A DNA stretch of 64,000 nt, taken from contig NC_045696.1 in the NCBI RefSeq assembly GCF_009834535.1, positions 17,424,001-17,488,000 on the forward strand, written 5' to 3'. Numbering within the stretch: the first letter of the stretch is position 1; each line of letters starts with the position of its first letter. A model generated the notes under the pieces. The model did not search any database, was not told the origin of the DNA, and worked only from the letters and a program-made list of their open reading frames with translations. This DNA comes from Camelus ferus. Taxonomy: Eukaryota. Below are positions 29,167 through 41,640 of the stretch, in pieces. A program made the translations under genes and the position numbers.

Positions 29167-32100
29167 TGTGTGTGCGAGTGTGTGTGAATGTGTTTGTGCT
29201 GTCGGGCAGGAAGTGTCATTCTAGCAACTGGGAATGATACATAGAGGCATATAATTCAAAGTTGAAAACTAGAAGAAAAAATAATGTAAGCTATTAGAAA
29301 ATTCTTTCCTTTTCATTCTCATTTTCTTGACCTACTATTCAAAATAATAAGAGTCCATCTAAAATTTTTTATCAAGTAAATAATGTGCTTTTGGTTTTGG
29401 AGGGTTGTCTTGAATGCATTTATGAACTGAGCTCCAAAAGTTCAAATATATCATGCAAGCAGCATAAGTATCACCTATAATTAATTCAGACATTCCTCTT
29501 TCTATAAAAAGTCTATTTAAAATGATTGATGTGTTCATCAAACATGTGTATTTAAAAGCAATGCTTTTCCTGCACCATTTTTACATTGTTGAATGGTTGA
29601 ATTTTAGGCAGTTTATTTCATGGTGTCAACAGTGAACTGATCATTGTGTCATGTTCATGTTATTTTCATTCAATTCATTTAATTAGGTGAATGTCTTGAG
29701 TGTTATATATTAGATACTGGATAATGTGATCTTTTGAATAAAAATAATGCCAACAGAATTTCTGGCAAAAGGCAAAAAAGAAAGAAAGGAATAATGTTAA
29801 CTTTGTTTTTTTTTCCCTCATATTTAATAGAATTAATCTCTTCTAATAGTAGAAAGCTTGAAGACTAAAAGGGAAAAATGGGGCCAGGAGGAAAAGGAAG
29901 AGAATTGAGAAGAGAAAATTTAATATCATCATTTCTATTATACATATTTTTCCCAGTTTTAAAATATTTCCTCCCATTCTTTCAAAATGTTGTGTCTCTC
30001 AATTAAAATAGGAAGAAAGAGAAAGACTGATGCATATGTCAAAAACACTCATAGTTGGAGTTTAAAGTGCTGTCCATCTGATACTTTCTCTTTAAATAAG
30101 TGAGACTGGTTTGTAAGTAGAGGATGAGGTGGGAGAGAAAGGTACAAGCAGTGATCAGAGGCTTGAAGAGAATAGAGATTATGTGAATACACTGTAGAGG
30201 AAAGCACTGGAATGAGCTAATTAGAGAAATCACTGGGTATGCAAATCAGTACTGAGTGCCCAAGTGAGATGGATACCTTAAATTATGTTGGTGTTTACGC
30301 ATGCAGCTGAATGACTTATTCCAGCAAGAGTTATCATCTAAATGTGAATACTGAGAAAAAAGGCAAAGCGTTGGCTTCATCCAAGGTTAGAATTAAGCAA
30401 AAGTAGGTAAATCAAATGAAAATAAATCGAAGGAGTATAAGATAATCAAATATGTGATTGACATTATCATTTCAAGTGAAAATGAGTGCTTTATTACAGT
30501 TTTTAAATCATTTTTAACCATCATTATCTAAAAAACAGGTATACTTTCAATGCTGCTGCGTCTAATTACAGTTTCCCTCCATTAAAAACAGTAGATGGAA
30601 AGCACACACACTTCTTGGGCTACTGTGTATGGTCCCTAATCATTCTCAAAATTGACATTACAGAGTATCATTCTTGTTAGGAAATGCATTTTCAACTGTC
30701 TGATTTTAGCACTGAACTTCTACTTATTCCTCTTCAAATTCATTTAAAATCTAGAAAATAATGTTGTATCTTAAAGTAGCAGGCAGACTCTTCTCACAAA
30801 AATCTGAGTAGTTTTGTTTTTAAAGATACATTCTTAATATGAAACTAGTTAGGGTTAAACCTGAAACTTTCATCAGAGATTATAGGAATGCAGCAAATAG
30901 AAACAGATGCATTAATTCTGAACAAGAGAGACATTTTTCCCTGAAGTTCTTTTGAAAGCTGTCTTTGAATGTGTGATCTTGATAATCCCAATCAAGCAAA
31001 TTTACAAAGATGTGTTGTTCCACATAGATTTTTACCACTTCCCTGAACTGTGAGTCCAAGTTACAACTGCTAAGATCTGGGACAGAAAAATAATCCTTTA
31101 ACTTTTAATGACTGATTTATTATGTTCTGCGTTTCGTGAGTCGCCAGAGAGGAATTTATAGTTTTCTTCCATTAGAGAAACAGAGGCTTATTTATACTAA
31201 TTGTGCCAAGGAAGAATAAACTCAAAGCTTATACAAATAAAATTGAAGTAGTCTTTCTAGTTTTATTTATCTTTTTTTTTTAGGAAATAGAGTTTTTAAA
31301 ATTAGATCTGCAGCAGAATCTCATAATTATAGATCATTTCTTAAATTAATTTAGAAGTTGACTTTTGTTTTGTTTTTAACTCTGAGAAATTGCTTCAAAA
31401 CTACTTCTGTTTGCCAATATTGCATAAAAATAAGTATTCTAGAGAAATATTTTCAGCATAGCTTTTAAAAGACAAGAAAAGATCATTTAGACATTTGTGG
31501 AATGATGCACTACTACTAATCAGACAAATGTTTACTTAAAGCAAATTTTATAGCCAGCTTGTTTATGTGGCTATGATTAAACACTTTCTATATAGTAATC
31601 AGTGTTGTCACGAGTTTGTAGTTCTCTCAGCCCATTAGACTGTCATGTCCAAGAAAGTATAATAATAACCTTCAGTTATTTGTAGTTTGACCAATGGAAT
31701 TTCTCTCCTCTAATTTACAACAAAGTCACAAGAAACATACAAATTTATTGTGTTAAAGCATTAATGGGGTCAGAAAAGAACATAATTATATTCTCAATCC
31801 TTTTAAAAAAATAACTTATTTAGTTGTCTGGCATTCCAGCATATTTTTTAAATAAAATAAAATGTGATATATTATTGCTGTATGATTTCAACATCACCCT
31901 CAATCCTAAAATACAAGGGCATTTGTCTAGAGATAGGGAACAAAGCGTGTCATAGCTATGCTGTTGATCATCCAGAGTTCTCTGCTATTCCACTAATTGC
32001 TCCGTGATGACCTGTTAGGAAGTAATATGCACATCTGCTGGTGTTAGTGTCCTTGTTCCTAGCTGACATGATGCTGGCCAAAGTTTTCACTTTAGGAAGG

Positions 32101-33217
32101 CGAGTTTATATCAGCTGCATTAGAATACTGAACACTTCTTCATAGACTTTGTACTTAAGATTTTAAAAAATTTTTCACAATTAGGACAGTTAAAATTCAG
32201 AATTTAGATGACCCCTCCTGGGTCAACTATAGTTGTTTCCACCCTTCCATTCAAATATATATAGCAACTAAGTGTAAGCAAATCACTGAAGAGTTTCTGT
32301 TTGGCTGTTTAAAATCACTTCTCTGTGACTCACTGTAAAACTGATCTTTGAGGATCCTGTCTTTCCTTCTTTGTATATGGTCATTTTAGCGTCATGTTGA
32401 GTGAGAGCAGTTTAAATGCTGGCAGTCATGCTGCATACTTGGACTCTGAGACCACACCTACTACTGAAGGACAGCAATCAGAGTTAATGCTAGTGAAACT
32501 GACCAAAATGTCATGGCCTCAAATTCTAGCTTTTTGTTACATAGTAACATGAACTTGCAGAACCCTGTTTGGTCTGGGGGTCTATCAAAATATTTGATCT
32601 GTCATAGTCTCATAATCCCAATAAACCCTGGTAGATGATAGTATCTTAATGCTTTATAGTTGCTCAGAAACAGACCTCAGAGGATTTGGGCAATTGACAG
32701 AGCCAAAATTCAAACACATTTATGATGGTATCCAGAGAGGTATCCATGAGCAGAGAATCAAAAAAATAAAAAAGAGAGAAAAGAAGTAATAAGTTGGATT
32801 TTGTATTTTTAAAAATAAAGATACAAGAATTAGCTTTAAAATGTACTCATATATATAATAAAATATGAGGAAGTAAGTATTGATCTAGAAAAAAATTTTA
32901 ATTATCCGTACTAATAGTTCTAGAATGTTTATCTTCTTGAATCATGAAAGTTCATATAACCAAAATTGTGTCCTTTAAATTAAAAGCTTCATCTAATTCT
33001 TTTACAAAATGGCCTGGGACTTTTGTCTGTGCATGAGAATAAAATCAGCAAATTCATATCTCAGATGACTCACTACTGTACAATAATATTTGTGAGAAAA
33101 TGTTAAACCATATAAAGTGGATTTTAATGAATACAGTAAATATTTAAATAGGAGACTGTAGCATTTGGATTTTATAAAATTTTTTTGCTATAAAATATAC
33201 TATGGACTATAAAATAC

Positions 33218-33596
33218 TATGATGCTTAGTCTATGTGTCAACTTGGCTAGGCTATGACAACCAGTTATTTAATCAAATGCTAATTTAAATGTTAGATTTA
33301 GATGTAAAGTTTTTTTTTTTTAATACCATTCATATTTACAATCAGATGACTTTAAGCAAAGGATATTACCTTCTGTAATGTAGGCGGGCCTTATCCAATA
33401 GTTTACTACATCAAGACTATAACATAAAAGTCCTACCTGTGTTTCCAGCCTGCTGGCATGCCTACACTTTTCAGACTTTTCAGCCCCAACAATCATGTAA
33501 CTAATTCCTTAATATCTCTCTTCCCACCTCCCCCAACCCCCTCCTCTTTCATGCGCACTCTATTTTCTTTTCCTGTAGAGAACACTAACTAATAAA
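33218..33596 (+). mobile_element. ERVL solo LTR (MLT2 family)
   Basis: tatgtgtcaacttggctaggct start, taatgtaggcgggccttatccaat, end gtagagaacactaactaata. Confidence 0.8.
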
Positions 33597-33819
33597 AATA
33601 AAATAGAATTTTTGAGATTCACAGGGTGGGAATGAATAGTAACCTTAAACCACCACCTGAATAATGCAGATAGAAGAGTCTCACCAAACAGAAGTCACCA
33701 TTGCCATTACTTACAGATTTTCCTCCTGTTGGAGGGACTATCCTCAAAGAGAGAATGTTGGGCCTAACTGCCAGAACTGGAGCCTGGAGCTAAGGTAAGG
33801 TGGGGTGGGACAATGGGGC

Positions 33820-34432
33820 TAGTAGAGAATGGGTCAGTCAACAGTAGAAAAGAACAGCTTACTGTTACACACATCAACATGGATGGATGTCAAAAGCATT
33901 GTCCTTAGTGAAAGAAGTAGATACAAGAAGAGAACATAGTATGATTCCATTTGTGGAGCTGTAGAACAGACAAAACATTTGTGGTGATAGAAATGAGAAC
34001 AGGGATTTTTTTTCCTGGAATAGTGGGAATTGATCAGTTAGAAGCATAGAAGAAACTTTCTAGAGTGATAGAAATACAGGTTATATAAATGTATATATTT
34101 GTAAATGATGATCAAACTGGACACCTAAGATGTATGCCTTTCACCCTGTGTAAATCAAACCTCAACTTCCTAAAAACCAAGAAATAAATACTGGTGTCAC
34201 TATTATAGAGTGTGGTAAAATATTATGTAGCCATTAAAAACATGTTTTTGAAGCCTTTTTATGAATATGGGAAAATATTCATAATATAATGTTATGTATT
34301 AAAAATCTACGTAGTTATATATACCATGATTCTTCTTTTACTGAGAAAAAATTGTATCTGTGCTTAAAAAATATTAGGAAGAAAAGCAGGAAAATGTTGT
34401 AAGCAATGATTTCTGGTTGGTGGGATTTCAAG
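33820..34432 (+). mobile_element. Two abutting ancient L1ME 3' fragments, paralogous to 57700-58320
   Basis: L1ME-type 3' end followed by L1ME4-like aatattatgtagccattaaaaa...atttctggttggtgggatt; the same junction occurs near 58090. Confidence 0.75.
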
Positions 34433-34444
34433 CACTATTAGAAC

Positions 34445-36178
34445 ATGATGCCGGAAATGATCATACATGACATATTCACTGCCATTTCCAGTTCATGAAT
34501 CTTCCTCTTCCACTGGCTGTGTGCTTTTGCAGGGGCCAGGGAAGGACTAAACTTAATATTCATCCTGGTATCACAGTCTAATAGCATTATCATATCAGCT
34601 CAATATAGGGAGTAAATGCATTATACTTGGGAATCTTCACTGCTCGCTCTTGTCCTGGCTTTGAAGTCCTTGTGTGGGAGCACCTGACAGGTAAGACAAC
34701 CTGGACATCAGGACCTTCACGTATTGTACAAACCAAATTGAAGTCCAAGATAGCCTTACAGCACATTCTATTCTATAGAAAAGCAGCCTTTTCTTGGGGT
34801 GCAATACATCTATGTCTTACTGACATTTTTCAGGGCCCTTTGGTGGAGATTTTATTAAGGTGTCTTTGAAGTAGTGCCAAATAATAGAAAGGATTATTTT
34901 AATAAAATCTGAGTAGTCCTTTATTCTTCTCTGACCCCTGCCACCTCTAACACACAGCCCAAACCTGTCCTTGCTTCCCTATGTTAGTGGTGAGCACCCC
35001 AGTGCCAGCCCGCAGTGCTCTGTTGTAGACAACAGTAAGGTCCTGCAGAGCCAAAGAGATCTATGTAGAATACACAGCAGATCATACCTTTCCCCCTCAC
35101 CTCTCTTCACCCCACTTTCCAGTAGGGCTTAAAACCCTCCCCTGGTGTTACCATACTGCACTTAACATCTGAGCTGTCAGCCCTGCTCACTCTCCACCTA
35201 CCCTACTACTTTGCTGTTTTCCCTGGCCCCAGAAGCTGACTTCTCAGGACGTTTTCTTTCTACCTTGGAATGTTCTTCCCCATGAACTTCCTGGGCTGCT
35301 TCCTTTTTACCCTTTGGAACACAACTTAAATTCCACATCCTTGATCGACCGCAGGGCACATATTACCATCTGTTTATTTGTTCATTGTTCACTGAGCCTT
35401 CCCCTCACTAGAATGTAACCTCTGTGGGTCCACAGGCCTCCTTGGGTTATTTTTACCATCATTGCATCCCAAGAATCTAGAACAGTGCTGAAGACATCAA
35501 TAGGTATCAGTAAAGGCTCAATATACATATTTTGAAATTAATTGATATTAATGGATGCAATAGCACACACGCACTCACACTTTCAGTTGAATAAGCTCTG
35601 CTATGCTGGTCATTTCCCAAATCACATGCCCCTTTCTGGCCTGCACTACCCAGCCCCTCTGGGTGACTGCCATTTGTGCCAACAGTAAATGGGAGGACAG
35701 GAGGGCAGGGAGTGGGGCAGTATCCCTGTTCCCTCCTCTCTTTGCCTTCCATGATGATAGCTCCTCACTGAGGCACCACTTCCTCGGGGCCTAGGGGTGG
35801 AGATAGCTTCCCATCATGTCCAGCTTCTAAGTGCCTGCCTATCCCTTGTCAATTTCCTTATCCCTGCTCACAGCTCTGGAAACTCTGCCTTCTTCACGGT
35901 CTCATTTGCTCAATTTTGGATGAAATGTTCCTTGTTGAAATTTTATCTAGATACAGAAGGCAACTCTTTTAGTATGTGTATAATTTATGTATCTTCTGTG
36001 TGTACACAAATTGTGCACATTTTTTTCTTCTTTTATTTATTTATTAATTTCTGGCTTTCTGTATTTTTATATTTTCCTCAGCTACTGACATAACAGCTAA
36101 AAGAGGCTTGTATATATTGTGGTATGTGTGTGTGTTGAGGGGGACAGGGAGAGGATGGTATTTGTCATCGAAACTCTT
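34445..36178. repeat. Old segmental duplication, inverted paralog of about 49742-51550
   Basis: Collinear shared blocks across unique, L2 and LTR-like sequence, e.g. agtaaatgcatYaYacttgggaatcttca, tgtgggagcacctgaSaggtRagac, ctgcactacccag...ctgggtgactgcc, tttgYcatcRaaact. Confidence 0.85.
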
Positions 36179-38190
36179 GGTATGGATCCCAGGCATACAT
36201 AACGCATAGTTTCTTCTTCTTTACCCTAAGCTTGAGAAAATGGTATAAAAGATTAGTGCTGATTTCAGCACATCTGATTTTGTTTTTTACCACACTCAGC
36301 AAGAAACACAGATCCTACATTTGATTCCAAATACTCAGAGTCAGAGTTGATAAACCTTATAACAGTGCATTAAATGCAGAAAGAATAACTGGGGAGGCGT
36401 CTGAGGAATAAATGACAATAGCTTTCCTGAGAGAATATAGAGCTGGATATTTCTGAGTGATTTCATTTCAATGAAACTGAAAAAGGCCTTATGCAATCTG
36501 AAAACCTCCCCTGCAGCCAGATGAAAAACTCCCCAGACCACTGCAATCCACTGATTAGTCGGGCAATTACATCTGCCGTGGGGAGGGTTGTGTGGCTACC
36601 CCAGCACATTCTGAATGTGACATGTTGTCTTTAATTTTTATCTGTCAAGAGAGAATATGTGGGTAACCACCTAAAATTCATGCAAATTTAAATGAAATAA
36701 AGATTTAAACAAATAGTTACGGTCATTTGATAAAAGATTACTTAAGACTCAAATGACCACTCCATCTATTTTCTAGTAACTTGTCAGACCTGAGGGGAGT
36801 CATGTCGTTGTCGTAGGTATTAATATGCTGATACTGAAACTGTTTTTTAAGCTATTTTAAATGTAACCAAGCATAAACTCAAAAGTCTAAGATATCTTAC
36901 TCCTCTCTAACGTTAAGGACAAATCTCTGACAGGCTAAGTGCTGTAAATCTATAACAGGTGCTGACATGAGTGCCTTGAAATGCCACTCGATGTCCCCCA
37001 AGTGTTTTGTTAACAAAGATCAACCATAGTTGAAAAGAACATGGCAAGAAAAGAAAATATAATTATAAAAAAATCTTGATCTAAATGTCATAAAATGTTA
37101 ATCAAAATTATCAAAGGTAGAATGGGTGAGGACTGATGAATTCAATAATAAGCACTAAAGTTTGGTCAGCAAAGTATTTTTAATACTATAAAGTAAAATA
37201 TATATAAAATTTAAGCTCCATTAATTCAATGTAAAACTATAACATAAACGAGAATAATACTAATTTATTTAGCATATAATTTATGTGCCAAATACTTTTA
37301 CATTATGTCCAATTATCACAAAATTTTACAAGATCACATTTTCATATTTTTCAGAAGACAAAATTAAGGAGCAGTGAATGTAAGTCTCAGGCTTGGGTAA
37401 AAAAGTACAGAGATTCAAAGCCATGTCTCTCTGAAGTGGTCCTTTTATAAACAATCAAGATTTAAAAATTATCCAGATTATGGTATGATTGGATTTAAAT
37501 AAACTACTTGGTTTTAGTTACTTCTTTTACTTGTTTATAAAATTAGGGGAAAAAAAGGACCTTCAAAATTATATTGATTGAGAATAGAAATTCCTATTTA
37601 TTTTAACTTAGAAAAAAATTATTTAATATCAGTAAAAATCATATTTTATAAACAGTGACTCTTAATCTTTAGCCAAGTGTTCAAAGCATTATCTAATTCT
37701 CAAAGTAATTTTGTTAGAAATCCAGAATATTGTTTTTCTCACCACACAAGAAAGTTGTATAAATCTATTTTTATACTGTGTGTAGCATTCCTATAGAAAC
37801 ATATTCAGGTAGAAACATGCTTAATCATTTTAGAATTGAATAATCTGATTATGACTGCCATTCTACATAATGCAAACAAGGTCTTTTTTTGAACTTATAG
37901 CCTGGACTCACAGTCAGCATGCAATAGACCACAATGGGCAAAATTCTTGAAAGTGGAGAAGAATGCTCTCCAGCCATGTTATAGTGGCAAACAGAGAAAA
38001 TATTTTCATGATTTTAAAAAAATTAAGAATTTTTAAATTATTTTCTGATATAACCTGCTATCTTCTGGTTTAACTTAGTATAAATCATTTATAGCATTTC
38101 ATCTCAATATTGTAGGATCAAGTAAGCATGTTTTTTGATATAATATCGTAATATTGAATGTTCTAAATGGAAGTAGATGCTTTTGATGAG

Positions 38191-38594
38191 TGTATCATTC
38201 AGGAGTCAACCAAAGAAACAGAACAAGTAAGAGATATGTATTAAGAGATTAATTACAAGGAATGGGTTTACACTACCATGGGATATTGCTGGCCACATTG
38301 AAATCTATAGATCCGGTTGTCAGAAGGGCAGGCTGAAACACTTAGGTACAAGATGAAACTGCTCTCCATATGCAGAATTGCTGCTTCTTCAGGTATGTCT
38401 CAGCCCTCATCTTAAAGCTTTGCAACTGAATGAATTGGGCCCACTCAGATTGTCTAGGATAAGCTCCCTTACTTGAAGTCAGCTGATTATGGCTGAATAA
38501 CATCTACAAAATTCATTCACAGCACTAATACCTAGATCAGTGTTTGACTGATACTGAAACCCAGCCAAACTGACACATCAAACTGAACATCACA
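38191..38594 (-). mobile_element. ERVL solo LTR (MLT2 family)
   Basis: tgtatc...agaaacagaac start, ccagccaaactgacacatcaaactgaacatcaca end; flanks atgag/atgaa. Confidence 0.8.
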
Positions 38595-38759
38595 ATGAAG
38601 AGAGAGCTGGAGGAATATTTTTCTGATCATGTTTCAGTGTTAGGATGTTTTTGTTAGTCTTTTCCTTTTTTATTACCTTATACAACTTATGTGTTAAAAG
38701 CTTTTAACAATCTCTTGACTGTGTCTCAAGCACCTCTTTTGTGCATATGCATCCTTCAC

Positions 38760-39311
38760 TGTGTCAGATAGCTTTTTCAAAAGACAGCCCAAGTGTATAT
38801 CTTTTTCCACATATTCTTCTTACTAAGTGATATTGAAATTCTTCCAAGGAGAGACAGGATCTACATTTCCTCTCCTTGAACCTGACCGGACCACTGTAAC
38901 TGCCTCAGCCAGTATAGTGTGGCAGACATGATGCTGCATGACTTCTGAGTCTAGGTCAAAAAAGGAGTTAAGTTCTTCTTCTGCCTCTAATTTCTTCTTG
39001 GAACACTTGCCTTTGAACTCAGACAGCATGTTGAAAGGGAGTCTAGACAACATGGAGACGTCACATGTAAGTGTTCCACTGGACAGCCAGCATTAACTAG
39101 CAGACATGGTAAGTGAGCTGTCTGTAAGTCCAGCACCCAGTCTTGAAATCTTCCAGCCAAGGCGAAAAGGCAAGTTGGGGCACAGGAAATCCATCCCTAC
39201 CATGCTCTGCCTGAATTTCTGATGCCAAGAGTCCTAGTGTAACATAAGTTGCTGTTATATTATGCCAGTAACTTTTGGAGTAATTTGTTTTCTAATACTA
39301 GTAACTAGAAT
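38760..39311 (+). mobile_element. MaLR LTR (MLT1G/H-like)
   Basis: ggcagacatgatgctgcatgacttctgagtctaggtca, ttttggagtaatttgtt...taactagaa. Confidence 0.75.
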
Positions 39312-39471
39312 TTCTACTCTGCAGTCCTTATGATTCTATAAGACTCTGAAACCTCATTACAAAACTGTAAGAAGTGGCCACTTGAATACAAGAGAAACTG
39401 CCCAGAGTACCCCAAGCCAACCAGGTGGATTAATTTTGTGATCATCGACCTTCATAAAATACACATAAGTG

Positions 39472-39852
39472 TTCTATGTCTGTGAGTCTATTTCTGTTTT
39501 GTATTTATGCTTTTTTTTTTTTTTAGATTCCACATATGAGCAATCTCATATGGTATTTTTCTTTCTCTTTCTGGCTTACTTCACTTAGAATGACATTCTT
39601 GTGGTTGCCAAGGGGGCGGGGGGTGGGAAGGGATAGACTGGGATTTCAAAACTGTAGAATAGATAAACAAGATTATACTGTATAGCACAGGGAAATATAT
39701 ACAAGATCTTATGGTAGCTCTCAGAGAAAAAAATATGACAATGAATATATATATATGTTCATGTATAACTGAAAAATTGTGCTCTACACTGGAATTTGAC
39801 ACAACATTGTAAAATGATTATAAATCAATAAAAAAATGTTAAAAAAAAACCC
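39472..39852 (+). mobile_element. Young 5'-inverted (twin-primed) L1 insertion with polyA and TSD
   Basis: 39472 to about 39597 is L1 3' sequence on the - strand, about 39598-39849 is L1 3'UTR plus polyA on the + strand; TSD ACACATAAGTG at 39461-39471 and 39853-39863. Confidence 0.9.
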
Positions 39853-40632
39853 ACACATAAGTGAATAGATAAAGAGACCATTTACTCTCTGTTGTCATTT
39901 TGCTTACAAATATACAAATGTTTGTTTAAATCTTTCAGCAGAGCATGGCTAAACATTCTAAATATGTGTCACCTTATCGTTTCTACTTCATCACTTAATT
40001 GGTAAGTCCAGCCACACTAGCAACTCGCAAGAAATTTCTGTCTTTGAAAAGTCATAGGAAGGAAAAGTAATGTAACTGAACTCCTTTTAATTACCTCTGC
40101 AGTTTCCCTCCACCTTTTCCTCCTCTAGACAAGCATACTATACAGAATAGAAATTAGGCTTCTACAGTCAGAAAAAGAGCAGTTTAAACTTATAAGCATC
40201 AAACTTACTGTTACATAGGCCAGACTTTTAGTCTGGATTTTTATGTAACTTTTTATGTACCTTCCTGGCCTTGGTTTTCTTCAGTGCTATTAAAAATTCA
40301 TACCTCCTTAGTGAAGCAAAGTAAGTAAAGCACTTGGCACAGAGCCTGGTACAAACTAAATTTTTAATTTAAAAAAAGGTGAAAATTGAAAAATGAAGTT
40401 ATACAAATTAGCACAATGATGGACATTGTATTTATGTAGAGCATATTATATATCTTCCGATTTTGAATAAAAGAAAATGTATAATTGCAATTGGAATATT
40501 TTAAAAGTAATGCCTGGGTAAAGGTTCAGAAACCAGAGTACCAGTCAATCAGTAAGATACACACTTTATTTTCAGAGAAGGTGTTGGCTCCACAATAATT
40601 CAGTAACAAGCTCTTTCTTTTGGGTAAGGATA

Positions 40633-41640
40633 TGTTATTAGTTTTCTGCTGTTGCTGTAACATATTACCTCAAATTTAGCAGCTTAAAACAATACCTATT
40701 TATTACCTCTTAGCTCTGCAAGTCAAAAACCCTGGTATAATATAGCTTAATTGGGTCCTCTGCTTAGAATCCTGCAAGGCCAATATCAAGGTGTTAACAA
40801 GACTTCATTTCTCCTCATAGGTTTTAGGAGTCAATTAACCTTCAAGGTCATTCATGTTAATGATCAAATTCAGTTCCTGATGGTTAGAGGACTGAGGTTC
40901 CTGTTTTCCATCCCTGGGCCGGTCTTTCCTCCTGGACTACCTATGTTTCTTTCTTGTCTTAATCAGTTCAGGCTGCTGCAACAAAAATGTCATAGGTTAG
41001 GTAGCTTAAACAATACTTACCTCTCACAGTTCTGGAGAAGCTGGGGAGTCCAAGATGAAAATGAAAGGAAATTCAGTGTCTGGTGAGGTCTGCTTCCCCG
41101 TTCATAGATCATCTTCTCACTATGCTGTCATGAGGTGGAAAGAAGGCTATGGAGCTCTCTGGGGATTCTTTTATAAGTGTATTAATCACATTTATGCTCT
41201 GCTCTCACGACCTAATCACCTTCCAAAGCACTCACCCACTCCTAATACCAACACATTGGGGTCAGGATTTCAAAACGTGAATTCTGAGGGGACACACACT
41301 TAACACTTTTATACTTCCACGTGGCTCTCTCCAGCAATGATGGTTGAGCTATTCTCACTTCGAATATCTTTGACTTCACCTTTTGCTACCTCTCTCCTGA
41401 CTGAAACTGGAGAAAGTACTCTGAATCTAAAGGCTCATGTGATTAGATTGCACCCACTCTGAGAATCCAGGAAAATCTCCTTATTGTAATGCCATAGCCA
41501 TAGTTATATTTGCCAAGTCTCTTCTTTTTTCCCATCTAATGTCACATATTCACAAATTTCAGAGATGAGGGCACGGACAGTGTCGGGCAGGGGCTGGGTG
41601 GGATGACTCTGAGGGTAAGGGGATATGTTTTGTTCTCTGT
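40633..41640 (-). mobile_element. MLT1 (D/E-like) LTR with a nested MLT1A-like LTR at about 40955-41313
   Basis: Two MaLR termini (gttgctgtaacatattacctcaaatttagcagcttaaaacaa; tcagttcaggctgctgcaacaaaa); outer element resumes with aaaggctcatgtgattagattgcacccact. Confidence 0.8.
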
